A stretch of 64,000 nt of DNA from Candidatus Rokuibacteriota bacterium (GTDB lineage: Bacteria; JAUVQV01; DATDCY01), in assembly GCA_031406795.1 (NCBI GenBank), contig JANOHV010000262.1, positions 723 through 64,722 of the forward strand. The letters are read 5' to 3'. The notes beneath the pieces are model-generated. The model did no database searches. It had not been told where the DNA came from and saw only the letters and a list, made by a program, of their open reading frames with translations. Both the position numbers and the translations under genes were made by a program. Positions 26,136-34,576 of this stretch are shown here, in pieces (position 1 is the stretch's first letter; every line of letters starts with the position of its first letter).

Positions 26136-27088
26136 AGATCCTCTGTCCGGTCGACTCGGCCGCCGAGGCCGAGACGCTCGCGGGGCTCGGCGCCGACGAA
26201 CTTTACGGCGGCTACCTGCCGGCTCAGTGGACGGAGCGGTTCGCCCTTGCGGCACCGCCGAACCGGCGAACCTTCGCCGAGGCTCAGATCAGCGACGCCG
26301 GGGAGCTGCGTGCGGTCGTCGCGGCCGCGCACGCCGGCGGGGCGGAGTTCTTTCTGACGGTCAACAGCCCGTTCTACGCGAGCGGGCAATATCCGGCGCT
26401 GCTGGCGCTGGCCGAGGAGGCTCTGGCCGCCGGGACCGACGCCTTCATCGCCGCCGACCCCGGATTCATCCTCGCGGCCCGGGCTCGCTGGCCGGGGGTG
26501 CGCATTCACCTCTCGACGCTCGCCGACGCTGCCAACAGCGGCGCGGCGGCGTTCTGGGGCCGGCTCGGCGTGGAGCGCATCACCCTGCCGCGGCATCTGA
26601 CGCTGGCCGCGACCGCCGCGCTTCTTGCCGCGAGCCCCGGCCGGCGTTTCGACGCTTTTGTGCTGTATGGGCAGTGCCCGAACGACGAGGGGCAGTGCAC
26701 CTTCTCGCACGATCACCCTGGCCGCGTCTGGCCTTGCGTCCAGCCGTACACGGCGACCCCGCTGCCGGACACCCCCCGGGCGCGCCGGGCGGCGGCCGCG
26801 CACGCCGGCTGGGCGGGCCTCTCCCGCGCCGACGCCTGCGGGCTCTGCGCGCTCTGGGATCTGGAGCGCCTCGGCGTCGAGGCCGCGAAGATCGTCGGCC
26901 GTGGGACGCCGACCGGGCGCAAGGCCTGGGCGGTGACCACGGTCAAGGAGTTGCTCGGAATTATCGCCGCCGGCTGCGGCCGCGAGGAGTTCCGCGCCGA
27001 GGCGCGGCGGCGCTCGCACGGTCGTTTCGCGCACCGGTGCGATCCGCGGCTCTGCTACGTACCGGAACTGATCCCGGTCGAGGGGTGA
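26132..27088 (+). CDS. peptidase U32 family protein (UbiU/RlhA/PrtC-like)
   Basis: In-frame part of track ORF 25838-27088. GTG 26132 overlaps the upstream TGA. N-terminal KILCPVDSAAEAETLAGLGADELYGG matches the U32 N-terminal block. Cys cluster QCPNDEGQCTFS, plus CGLCALWD. Confidence 0.7.
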   Translation: MKILCPVDSAAEAETLAGLGADELYGGYLPAQWTERFALAAPPNRRTFAEAQISDAGELRAVVAAAHAGGAEFFLTVNSPFYASGQYPALLALAEEALAAGTDAFIAADPGFILAARARWPGVRIHLSTLADAANSGAAAFWGRLGVERITLPRHLTLAATAALLAASPGRRFDAFVLYGQCPNDEGQCTFSHDHPGRVWPCVQPYTATPLPDTPRARRAAAAHAGWAGLSRADACGLCALWDLERLGVEAAKIVGRGTPTGRKAWAVTTVKELLGIIAAGCGREEFRAEARRRSHGRFAHRCDPRLCYVPELIPVEG

Positions 27089-27876
27089 GCGTGGAGCGCG
27101 CCGTCTTCGTGGCCGATCTGGACAGGCTCCCCCCCGAGGGCGAGCCGTATGACCGTCTCTACCTCGGCAGCGAGTTCTGCGCCTGGCGCCTCCCGGAGGA
27201 ACGCGAGCTCCAGGAGGCGCGCGGTGTCGCCGCCCGCAGGGGGGTCGGCTTTTCGCTGGTGACACCCTTCCTCGACGAGCCCGGCCTGGCGCGCACGCTA
27301 GCACTGGTTCGCGCGCTCCCGGAGGACCCGGCGACCGAAGTCGTCGCCAACGACCTCGGCCTGATCGAGGTGCTGCGCGGTGCCGGGTGGGGAGGGACGG
27401 TGGTCGCCGGCCGCCTGCTCACGCGCCAGCGCCGGGGCCCGGGGTTCCAATCGTTCGGCGACGTCACCGCCGCGGCAGCAGCCGCGCTGCGCGGTTCCGC
27501 CCTCGACTCGCCGGCCTTCGTCGAGCTGCTCGGTTCGTACGGCGTCAAGCGCTTCGAGCTCGACGACCTCGTCCAGGGCGCTTCGATCCCCGTTCTGCCC
27601 GCGGGAGTCCACCTCTCGCTCTACCGGCCGTACCTGCTCGTCACCGCGACCCGCAACTGCCCGTGGATCTTCGACGGCCGCACCTGGGACCGCAGTCGCG
27701 GCTGCGCCCGCCCCTGCCGCGGTCAGGAGCTTCACCTGGTTCCGCAGCGACGGGACCCCGAAGCCCAGCACGGTCTCCACCTGGGCGGCTGCGCGCAGTT
27801 TCTCGAGCATCGGAGCGATGCCCCGCCCCCGGCGGGCGTCGACAGGATCGTCTGGCAACCGGAGATACCGGCGTGA
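27085..27876 (+). CDS. second U32-family-like protein (UbiV-like partner)
   Basis: In-frame part of track ORF 26227-27876. GTG 27085 overlaps the upstream TGA. DRLYLGSEFCAWRLP is U32-like. Cys cluster RNCPWIFDGRTWDRSRGCARPCRG. Confidence 0.6.
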   Translation: MSVERAVFVADLDRLPPEGEPYDRLYLGSEFCAWRLPEERELQEARGVAARRGVGFSLVTPFLDEPGLARTLALVRALPEDPATEVVANDLGLIEVLRGAGWGGTVVAGRLLTRQRRGPGFQSFGDVTAAAAAALRGSALDSPAFVELLGSYGVKRFELDDLVQGASIPVLPAGVHLSLYRPYLLVTATRNCPWIFDGRTWDRSRGCARPCRGQELHLVPQRRDPEAQHGLHLGGCAQFLEHRSDAPPPAGVDRIVWQPEIPA

Positions 27877-28811
27877 TGAATCTCGACTGGAGTCGTTTCT
27901 GGCTCGTCCTGCTTGATGAGGCCACCCGGATGTGGTGGGTCTTCGGCCTCGGCGTGCTCGTGGCCGCGCTGATCAAGACTTTCAAGTGGGACAAGAAGAT
28001 CCGCAAGCGGCTCAAGGGGAGCCGGCACGGGGCGATTGCGCTGGCGACCGGCGTCGGCCTCGTCTCGCCGCTCTGCTCCTGCGGCATCGTGCCGCTCGTG
28101 ATCTCGCTGATCTTCGGCGGCGTCCCGCTCGCGCCGGTCTTCGCGCTGCTGATCACCTCGCCGCTGATGAGCATCGACGCGTTCGTGATCACGCTCGGCG
28201 GCCTCGGCCCGACCCTGGCCTGGGGCAAGCTCGCGAGCGCCGTCTTCGCCGGCCTCGCGGGCGGCTACGCGGTGCTCGGGATGCAGAGGCTCGGGTGGAT
28301 CCGGGAGGAGGGCCTTCTCGGCCGCGAGCGCCCGAACATCCGCGAGAAGTGCCTCGACGACGCCGCGCCCGACGACCCCCGCCGCGGCCTCGAGGTCCCG
28401 GAGCGGCGGCTCTGGTACTTCGGCCTGATGGTCAAGGACATGACCTGGATCATCGGCCGCTTTCTCGTGCCCGCGCTCGTGCTGGAGGCAGCGATCGTCG
28501 CGTTCGTCCCGCTCGGCTGGATGAAGGCGCTGGCCGGTGCGCCCGAGCCGGTCGCGGTGATCGTCGGCGCGTTCGCCGGCATCCCGGTGCCGCTGCCCCA
28601 GATCGCCGCGGTGCCGCTGCTGCGCGGGCTGCGCGAGCTGGGCCTGGGGGACGCCGGGGCGATGGCGCTGCTGGTCTCCGGCCCGGTGACCAGCATCCCG
28701 GCGATCGCGCTGCTCGCGGCGGTCTTCCAGCGCCCGGTGCTCGCGCTGTACGTCACCACCGGACTGACCACCGCCCTTCTCGCAGGTTTCACGATCCTCG
28801 CGCTCGGTTAG
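27876..28811 (+). CDS. permease, ArsP/DUF318 (YraQ-like) family
   Basis: In-frame part of track ORF 27387-28811. ATG 27876 overlaps the upstream TGA (TGATG). About 8 TM helices, and an SPLCSCGIVP motif like the ArsP TPxCSC motif. Confidence 0.75.
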   Translation: MNLDWSRFWLVLLDEATRMWWVFGLGVLVAALIKTFKWDKKIRKRLKGSRHGAIALATGVGLVSPLCSCGIVPLVISLIFGGVPLAPVFALLITSPLMSIDAFVITLGGLGPTLAWGKLASAVFAGLAGGYAVLGMQRLGWIREEGLLGRERPNIREKCLDDAAPDDPRRGLEVPERRLWYFGLMVKDMTWIIGRFLVPALVLEAAIVAFVPLGWMKALAGAPEPVAVIVGAFAGIPVPLPQIAAVPLLRGLRELGLGDAGAMALLVSGPVTSIPAIALLAAVFQRPVLALYVTTGLTTALLAGFTILALG

Positions 28812-28921
28812 CACTCCAGCAGATGATTCGGTCCTTTTTCGTCATTCCCGACTACAACCTCGGGAACGACGGGAAGGTCTGCTGTAGTGTTCGCCTGGCT
28901 TCAGGCTCGAAGGACCGTCCT

Positions 28922-29014
28922 GGCGGAGGGGTGGCGCGGAGGGGAGGTCTCCGTCGCGCGGAGCGAAGGGAGCACGATGGAGTCCCGCAGCGACAGGACC
29001 CCGCAGCCTGCACG
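28922..29014 (+). repeat. conserved ~93-nt intergenic element, copy A (about 85% identical to 60448-60539)
   Basis: Direct sequence comparison: GGCGGAGGGGTGGCGCGGAGG ... GGTCTCCGTC ... AGGGAGCACG ... TCCGCAGCG ... GCCTGCACG is shared. The CTCCG/CGGAG stem is conserved, with a different loop in each copy. Confidence 0.6.
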
Positions 29015-29030
29015 GGAACGGTCGAACGGC

Positions 29031-29805
29031 TCAGCCGACGTCCGTGACCTCGAGCTTCCTGCCTCCCGGCGAGAACAGCCCACCTCCGCCGATGCCCGCC
29101 CGGTGCAACACGAACTTCGCGGTCGTCGCGAGCACCCCCAGGCCGTACTGCACGCTGCGGCGGAAGTTGATCGAGGAGGCCTCGGGGAAGTACTTGGTCG
29201 GGCAGCTGACCTCGCCGATCGTGAAGCCGAAGGCGACGGCCTGCACGAGCAGCTCGTTGTCGAAGACGAAGTCGTCCGAGTTCTCGCCGAGCGGGAGCGT
29301 CTCGAGCACGCTGCGGCGGTAGGCGCGAAAGCCGGTGTGGTACTCCGACAGCTTCACCCCCAGCGCGAGGTTCTCGACGAGGGTCAGGAACCGGTTCGCG
29401 AGGTACTTGTAGCGCGGCATCCCGCCGAGCAACGCCCCCCCCGCCGAGGATGCGCGAGCCGAGCACGATGTCGTAGTGGCCGGAGGCGACCATCGAGGCC
29501 ATCGCGGTGACCAGGCGCGGCGAGTACTGGTAGTCGGGGTGGAGCATCACGACGATGTCCGCCCCCGCGGCCAGCGCCGCGGCGTAGCAGGTCTTCTGGT
29601 TGCCGCCGTAGCCGCGATTGGCCGGGTGGATGATCGTGCGCGGCCCCAGCTCGCGGGCGACCGCCGCGGTTGCGTCCGGCGAGGCGTCGTCGACGAGGAT
29701 CGTCTCGTCCACGTAGTCGTGCGGCAATTCGGCGTGCGTCCGCCGCAGGGTGCGTTCGGCGTTGTACGCCGGCATTACCACGAGGAGCCGTTGTCCGTTG
29801 ATCAT
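29031..29805 (-). pseudogene. GT2 family glycosyltransferase (DPM1/GtrB-like polyprenyl-phosphate sugar synthase) interrupted by a frameshift in a C8 homopolymer
   Basis: N-terminal part is in track ORF 28852-29805 ([38 protein letters not shown]). C-terminal part is in track ORF 29031-29432 in another frame ([24 protein letters not shown]). Removing one C from the run at 29445-29452 restores [16 protein letters not shown] strong GAGGAGGG RBS precedes ATG 29805. Confidence 0.75.
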
Positions 29806-29905
29806 GTCCCTCCTCGGGGCGCGTTTCTGCTAGATTATAGAGACTTTGCCCGGGGCGAGATAGCGCGAAGGCGCACCGTGCCGGTTGCCGCGCAGGGAGG
29901 GTGAG

Positions 29906-30877
29906 ATGCAGGACGGGGAGGTGTTCGACCGCGGCCGGCTGCGGCTGCAGCCGCTCGCAGAGCGGTCCCACGATCTGGCCGCGGCGGATCTGCAGCCGCT
30001 CGGCTGGGAGGGACCGATTCCCGGCGAACTGCGCGCGCTCTCCCGGCGCATCCTGGCCGCCCGGGACGCGGGCCGCCCCGTGATCCTGATGATTGGCGCC
30101 CACGTGCTGCGCGCCGGGGTGCAGCGCCACCTGATCGATCTGCTCGAGCGCGGGCTGATCACCCTGGTCGCGATGAACGGCGCCGGCGTGATCCACGACT
30201 ACGAGCTCGCCCTCGTCGGGGCCACGACCGAGAGCGTGGCGCGCTACATCGCCACCGGGGAATTCGGTCTCTGGGAGGAGACGGGGCGGATCAACGACAT
30301 CGTGAACGCCGCCCACGCCCGGGGGGGCGCCGGCATGGGCGAGGCGGTTGGCGCGGCGATTCTTGCCGGCGAATTCCCCCACGCCGACATCAGCGTCCTG
30401 GCGGCCTGCCGGCGCCTCGGTGTGCCGGCGACGGTCCACGTCGGCATCGGCTACGATATCATCCACGAGCATCCGAACTTCGACGGCGCGGCCGCCGGCG
30501 CGACCTCCTACCGCGATTTCCTGCGGTTTGCCGCCGAAGTCGAGCGCCTCGAGGGCGGCGTGCTGCTGTGCTTCGGCAGCGCCGTGATGGCGCCCGAGGT
30601 GTTTCTCAAGGCGCTGGCGATGGCACGCAACGTCGCCGCAGGGGAGGGCCGGGTGATCAGCCGGTTCGACGTGCTCGTCGCCGACATCCGGGAGCTGCGC
30701 GGCGATCTTGCCGCGGAGCCCGACCGCGCCGACCCCGCCTATTATTTCCGCCCCTGGAAGACGCTGCTGGCGCGCACCGTGGCCGGGGGCGGCGAGAGCC
30801 GCTACCTGCGGGGCAGGCACGAACAGACGATTCCGGCCCTCTGGCGCGCGCTCGCCGCGGCGGCGCAGGACGCCTGA
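29906..30877 (+). CDS. deoxyhypusine-synthase-like family protein (putative)
   Basis: Track ORF 29885-30877; ATG 29906 follows GGGAGGG. VILMIGAHVLRAGVQRHLIDLLERGLITLVAMNGAGVIHDYELAL and GGVLLCFGSAVMAPEVF resemble the DHS/homospermidine-synthase NAD-binding blocks. This assignment comes from pattern memory only. Confidence 0.4.
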   Translation: MQDGEVFDRGRLRLQPLAERSHDLAAADLQPLGWEGPIPGELRALSRRILAARDAGRPVILMIGAHVLRAGVQRHLIDLLERGLITLVAMNGAGVIHDYELALVGATTESVARYIATGEFGLWEETGRINDIVNAAHARGGAGMGEAVGAAILAGEFPHADISVLAACRRLGVPATVHVGIGYDIIHEHPNFDGAAAGATSYRDFLRFAAEVERLEGGVLLCFGSAVMAPEVFLKALAMARNVAAGEGRVISRFDVLVADIRELRGDLAAEPDRADPAYYFRPWKTLLARTVAGGGESRYLRGRHEQTIPALWRALAAAAQDA

Positions 30878-31365
30878 TGCGCGAGGGCAAGGTCGTGACC
30901 GTCGGGGAGCTCGCGGAGCGGGTGGCCGCGCTTCGCGCCGCCGGCAAGCGCGTGGCGCACTGCCACGGCTGCTTCGACCTCGTGCACCCCGGCCACATCA
31001 AGCACCTGCAGGCCGCCCGCCGGCTCGCGGACGCGCTGGTGGTTACCGTGTCCCCCGACCGCTTCGTCGACAAGGGCCCGGGGCGCCCGGCGTTCCCCGA
31101 GCTGCTGCGCGCCGAGTCGGTCGCCGCGCTGGAGTGCGTGGACTACGCCGCCGTGAACCAGTGGCCCACCGCCGAGGAGACGATCCGCCTGCTACGGCCG
31201 GACTACTACGTCAAGGGGCAGGAGTTCGAGCGCACGGAGGATCGGACCGACAAGCTGCGGCGCGAGGTCGATGCGGTGCGCGAAGTGGGGGGAGAGATGC
31301 GCTTCACGCACGAATTCGTTTCATCATCAACGGCGCTGCTCAAGAAGCATTTCGGCGGTGCGTAG
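30877..31365 (+). CDS. cytidylyltransferase-like nucleotidyltransferase (RfaE domain II / HldE C-terminal-like, HxGH motif intact)
   Basis: In-frame part of track ORF 30568-31365. ATG 30877 overlaps the upstream TGA. Motif HCHGCFDLVHPGHIKHL. Confidence 0.8.
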   Translation: MREGKVVTVGELAERVAALRAAGKRVAHCHGCFDLVHPGHIKHLQAARRLADALVVTVSPDRFVDKGPGRPAFPELLRAESVAALECVDYAAVNQWPTAEETIRLLRPDYYVKGQEFERTEDRTDKLRREVDAVREVGGEMRFTHEFVSSSTALLKKHFGGA

Positions 31366-31393
31366 CAGTTCTTCAAGGAAGGCACGGGAGACC

Positions 31394-32914
31394 ATGGGAT
31401 CGATTCTGACGCTCGCGGAGGCCGGGGCGCGCTGCGCGGCGCACCGGGCCGCCGGCAAGACCGTAGTCCAGAGCCACGGGGTCTTCGACCTGGTGCACCC
31501 GGGGATCGTCCGCCACCTCGAGGGGGCCCGGCGCCAGGGAGACGTCCTCGTCGTGACCGTCGCCGGCGACCGCGCGCTCGCCGAGGGGCCGGTGCGGCCG
31601 ATCTTCCCCGAGCAGCTGCGGGCCGAGAACGCGGCCGCTCTCTCTCCGGTGGACATCGTCTGCATCGTGGACGAGGCGGCCCCCCGCGAGAGCTTGCGCG
31701 TGCTCAAGCCCGACGTCTTCGCCCAGGGTCAGCCCGTGACGAGCGCGGAGCGGCGCATGCACCAGCACCTCTTCGGCGGCTCCGGCACGGGGTTCGAGCT
31801 CGGGGCGACCGGGCTCTACGAGACGCTCGAGCTGATCACGAGCTCGCCGACCCTGCTCGGGACGTTCCTCGACATCTACCCCGACGAGACCCGCGGCTTT
31901 CTCCAGGACTTCTCGCGGCGCCATACCTTCGAGCAGGTGCGCGCGGGCATCGACGCGCTCGGCGAGCTGTCGGTCACGCTGGTCGGCGACACGATCATCG
32001 ACGAGTATCACTACTGCCGGGCGCTCGGCAAGTCCGCGAAGTCGAACCTCGTGGTGAACCAGTACCTCTCGCACGAGGTCTTCGCCGGCGGCGCCCTCGC
32101 GATCGCCAACCATCTCGCCGGCATCTGCCGCGAGGTCCGGCTCGTGACGCTTCTCGGCGACACCGACCCGCGGGAGGAGTTCATCCGCGCGCACCTGCGG
32201 CCGAATGTCGCCCCGGTCTTCTTCCGCCGCCCGGACGGCCCGACGATCGTGAAGAAGCGCTACCTGGACCTTTACCTGAACCAGAAGCTCTTCGAAGTGA
32301 ACTACCTGAAGACCCAGCCGGTCGGCGCGGCGGTCGAAGGGGCGCTGCTCGAGCACCTCACGGCGGCGCTGCCGGCCACCGACCTGGTGCTCGTCTCGGA
32401 CTACGGGCACGGCTTCATCACGGCGCCGGTGATGCGCGCGCTCGAGCGCCAGGCGCCGGCGCTCGCCGTGAACACGCAGAACAACGGCGCGAACGTCGGC
32501 TACAACATGATCACGAAGTACCGGAACCCGACGTTCGTCTGCCTCGACGAGTCCGAGCTGCGGTGGGCCGCCCAGGACAAGGAGGGCCCGATCGAGGAGG
32601 TGCTCGAGCGGATGGCCGCGGCCGTGGGCTGCGACTGCCTGATCACGACGCTCGGCAAGAGCGGCTCGATCGGCGTCAGTCGCGGGGGCGCCGTCAACCG
32701 GACCCCGATCTTCTCGTCCAAGGTGGTCGACACGATCGGCGCCGGGGACGCGTACTTCGCCTTCACGGCGCCGCTCGCGCTGCGCGGCGTCCCGCTCGAC
32801 CTGGTCTCGTTCGTCGGCAACGCCGCCGGGGCGATCGCCGTCAAGATCGTCGGCAACCGCCGCCCGGTCGAGAAGGGCGAGCTGCTCGAGTTCGTCGCGA
32901 CGCTGTTGCGCTAG
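31394..32914 (+). CDS. bifunctional-type protein: N-terminal cytidylyltransferase-like domain (degenerate HxGH) fused to C-terminal PfkB/RfaE-domain-I sugar kinase
   Basis: In-frame part of track ORF 31271-32914; ATG 31394. N-terminal QSHGVFDLVHPGIVRHL. Kinase motifs LVGDTIIDEYHYC and VVDTIGAGDAYFA. Confidence 0.8.
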   Translation: MGSILTLAEAGARCAAHRAAGKTVVQSHGVFDLVHPGIVRHLEGARRQGDVLVVTVAGDRALAEGPVRPIFPEQLRAENAAALSPVDIVCIVDEAAPRESLRVLKPDVFAQGQPVTSAERRMHQHLFGGSGTGFELGATGLYETLELITSSPTLLGTFLDIYPDETRGFLQDFSRRHTFEQVRAGIDALGELSVTLVGDTIIDEYHYCRALGKSAKSNLVVNQYLSHEVFAGGALAIANHLAGICREVRLVTLLGDTDPREEFIRAHLRPNVAPVFFRRPDGPTIVKKRYLDLYLNQKLFEVNYLKTQPVGAAVEGALLEHLTAALPATDLVLVSDYGHGFITAPVMRALERQAPALAVNTQNNGANVGYNMITKYRNPTFVCLDESELRWAAQDKEGPIEEVLERMAAAVGCDCLITTLGKSGSIGVSRGGAVNRTPIFSSKVVDTIGAGDAYFAFTAPLALRGVPLDLVSFVGNAAGAIAVKIVGNRRPVEKGELLEFVATLLR

Positions 32915-32923
32915 GGGCAGGCG

Positions 32924-33499
32924 ATGACGACGACCCTCTCCCAGACCCTCGAGGCCCTGGCCGCGCTCGCGCGCAGCGCCGCGTGCACCGACCGCGCCGG
33001 GGCGGCCTGCGACCCCGATGCCGCGTTCGACCGCTGCGTCGACCTGCTCGCCGGCTGCGGCGGCGCCGGCGGCACCGTGCTCTGGATCGGCAACGGCGGC
33101 AGCGCCGCACTGGCGAGCCATTTCGCGGTGGACGTCTTCAACGCCGGGGTGCGCAGCACCGCCTTCAACGACGCGGCGCTGCTGACCTGCATGGGCAACG
33201 ACTGCGGGTACGAGCAGGTGTTCGCCCGGCCGGTCGCGCTGTTCGCCTCCCCCGGCGATGTGCTGATCGCGATCAGCAGCTCCGGGCGCTCGCCGAACAT
33301 CATCGCGGCGGTCGGCGCCGCCCGCGAGCGCGGCTGCGCGGTGATCACCCTCTCCGGCTTCTTGCCGGACAACCCGCTGCGCGGCCTGGGCGACTGGAAC
33401 TTCTACCTGCCGTCCGGGTCCTACGGTCCGGTCGAGATGGCCCACGCGTTCATCTGCCACGCGCTCGTGGACGCGCTGAAGGAGCGGCGCCGTGGCTGA
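32924..33499 (+). CDS. gmhA: D-sedoheptulose 7-phosphate isomerase (SIS domain)
   Basis: ORF track 191 aa. SIS-domain blocks WIGNGGSAALASHFAVD, ISSSGRSPNI and VITLSGF. Confidence 0.8.
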   Translation: MTTTLSQTLEALAALARSAACTDRAGAACDPDAAFDRCVDLLAGCGGAGGTVLWIGNGGSAALASHFAVDVFNAGVRSTAFNDAALLTCMGNDCGYEQVFARPVALFASPGDVLIAISSSGRSPNIIAAVGAARERGCAVITLSGFLPDNPLRGLGDWNFYLPSGSYGPVEMAHAFICHALVDALKERRRG

Positions 33500-34562
33500 C
33501 CGCTTCCGCATCGACGGCCACAAGCTGATGTACCACCTGCCGCGGGTCGCCGCGTGGGTTGAGGGCCGGCCGGTCTACCCGATCGCGATGGAGGTCGGCC
33601 CCTCCGGTTCCTGCAACCACCGCTGCCTCTTCTGCGCGGTCGACTACCTCGAGTACCAGCCGCGCTTCCTCGACGCGGCGGTCCTCGGGCAGCGGCTGAG
33701 CGAACTGGCCGGGCTCGGCCTCAAGAGCGTGATGTTCGCCGGCGAGGGCGAGCCGCTGCTGCACCGGGAGATCGCCGGGATCGTCGCGCACACGCGCGCC
33801 GCGGGCATCGAGGCCGCGCTCGTCTCCAACGCCGTGCTGCTGGGCGAGGAGCTCTGCCGCGCGCTGCTCCCGAACCTCACCTGGCTCAAGGTCAGCTGCA
33901 ACGCCGGCACGCCCGCGACGTACGCCGCGGTGCACCGCACGCGACCGGAGGACTTCGAGCGGGTCATGGCGAACCTCGCCGCCGCGGTCCGGATCCGGCG
34001 CGAGGCGGGGCTCGCCTGCACGATCGGGATCCAGCTGCTGCTGCTGCCCGAGAACGCGCACGAGGTGGCTGCGCTCGCCGCGCGCGCCCGGGAGATCGGG
34101 CTCGACTATCTGGTGATAAAGCCCTACTCGCACTTCGACCGCAGCCGCACCACCCGGTACCGCGACATCCGCTACGAGGAGTACCGCGGTCTGGCCGCCG
34201 CGGTGAGGGCCTGCGCGACGGCGTCGTTCGACGTGGTCTTCCGCGAGGAGACGATGCGCCTGCACGACGAGGGGGAGCGCACCTACGGCCGCTGCCTGGC
34301 GCTGCCGTTCTACTCCTACATCGACGCCGGCGGCACGGTCTGGGGGTGCAAGGAGTACCTCGGCGACGAGCGCTTCGCCTTCGGGAACATCAACGAGCAG
34401 AGTTTCCGCGAAATCTGGGACGGGCCGCGCCGCGCCGCGGTGCTGCGGTTCGTCGCCGAGGAGCTCGACGTGCGCGGCTGTCGCACCAACTGCCGCCTCG
34501 ACAAGATGAACCGCTGGCTCTGGGAGATCTCCCACCCGGCCGAGCACGCGAACTTTATTTAG
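33492..34562 (+). CDS. radical SAM protein
   Basis: ORF track 356 aa. CNHRCLFC (CxxxCxxC) and GEGEPLL motifs. The GTG start overlaps the gmhA 3' end by 8 nt. Confidence 0.8.
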   Translation: MADRFRIDGHKLMYHLPRVAAWVEGRPVYPIAMEVGPSGSCNHRCLFCAVDYLEYQPRFLDAAVLGQRLSELAGLGLKSVMFAGEGEPLLHREIAGIVAHTRAAGIEAALVSNAVLLGEELCRALLPNLTWLKVSCNAGTPATYAAVHRTRPEDFERVMANLAAAVRIRREAGLACTIGIQLLLLPENAHEVAALAARAREIGLDYLVIKPYSHFDRSRTTRYRDIRYEEYRGLAAAVRACATASFDVVFREETMRLHDEGERTYGRCLALPFYSYIDAGGTVWGCKEYLGDERFAFGNINEQSFREIWDGPRRAAVLRFVAEELDVRGCRTNCRLDKMNRWLWEISHPAEHANFI

Positions 34563-34576
34563 GCAGGCGGCTGAAA

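Noticed and set aside
28887-29510. 207-aa plus ORF and 60-aa minus ORF across the conserved intergenic element
   Set aside because: The similarity between the two element copies persists in all frames, i.e. it is nucleotide-level conservation. The surrounding ORFs are antisense to the GT2 gene.
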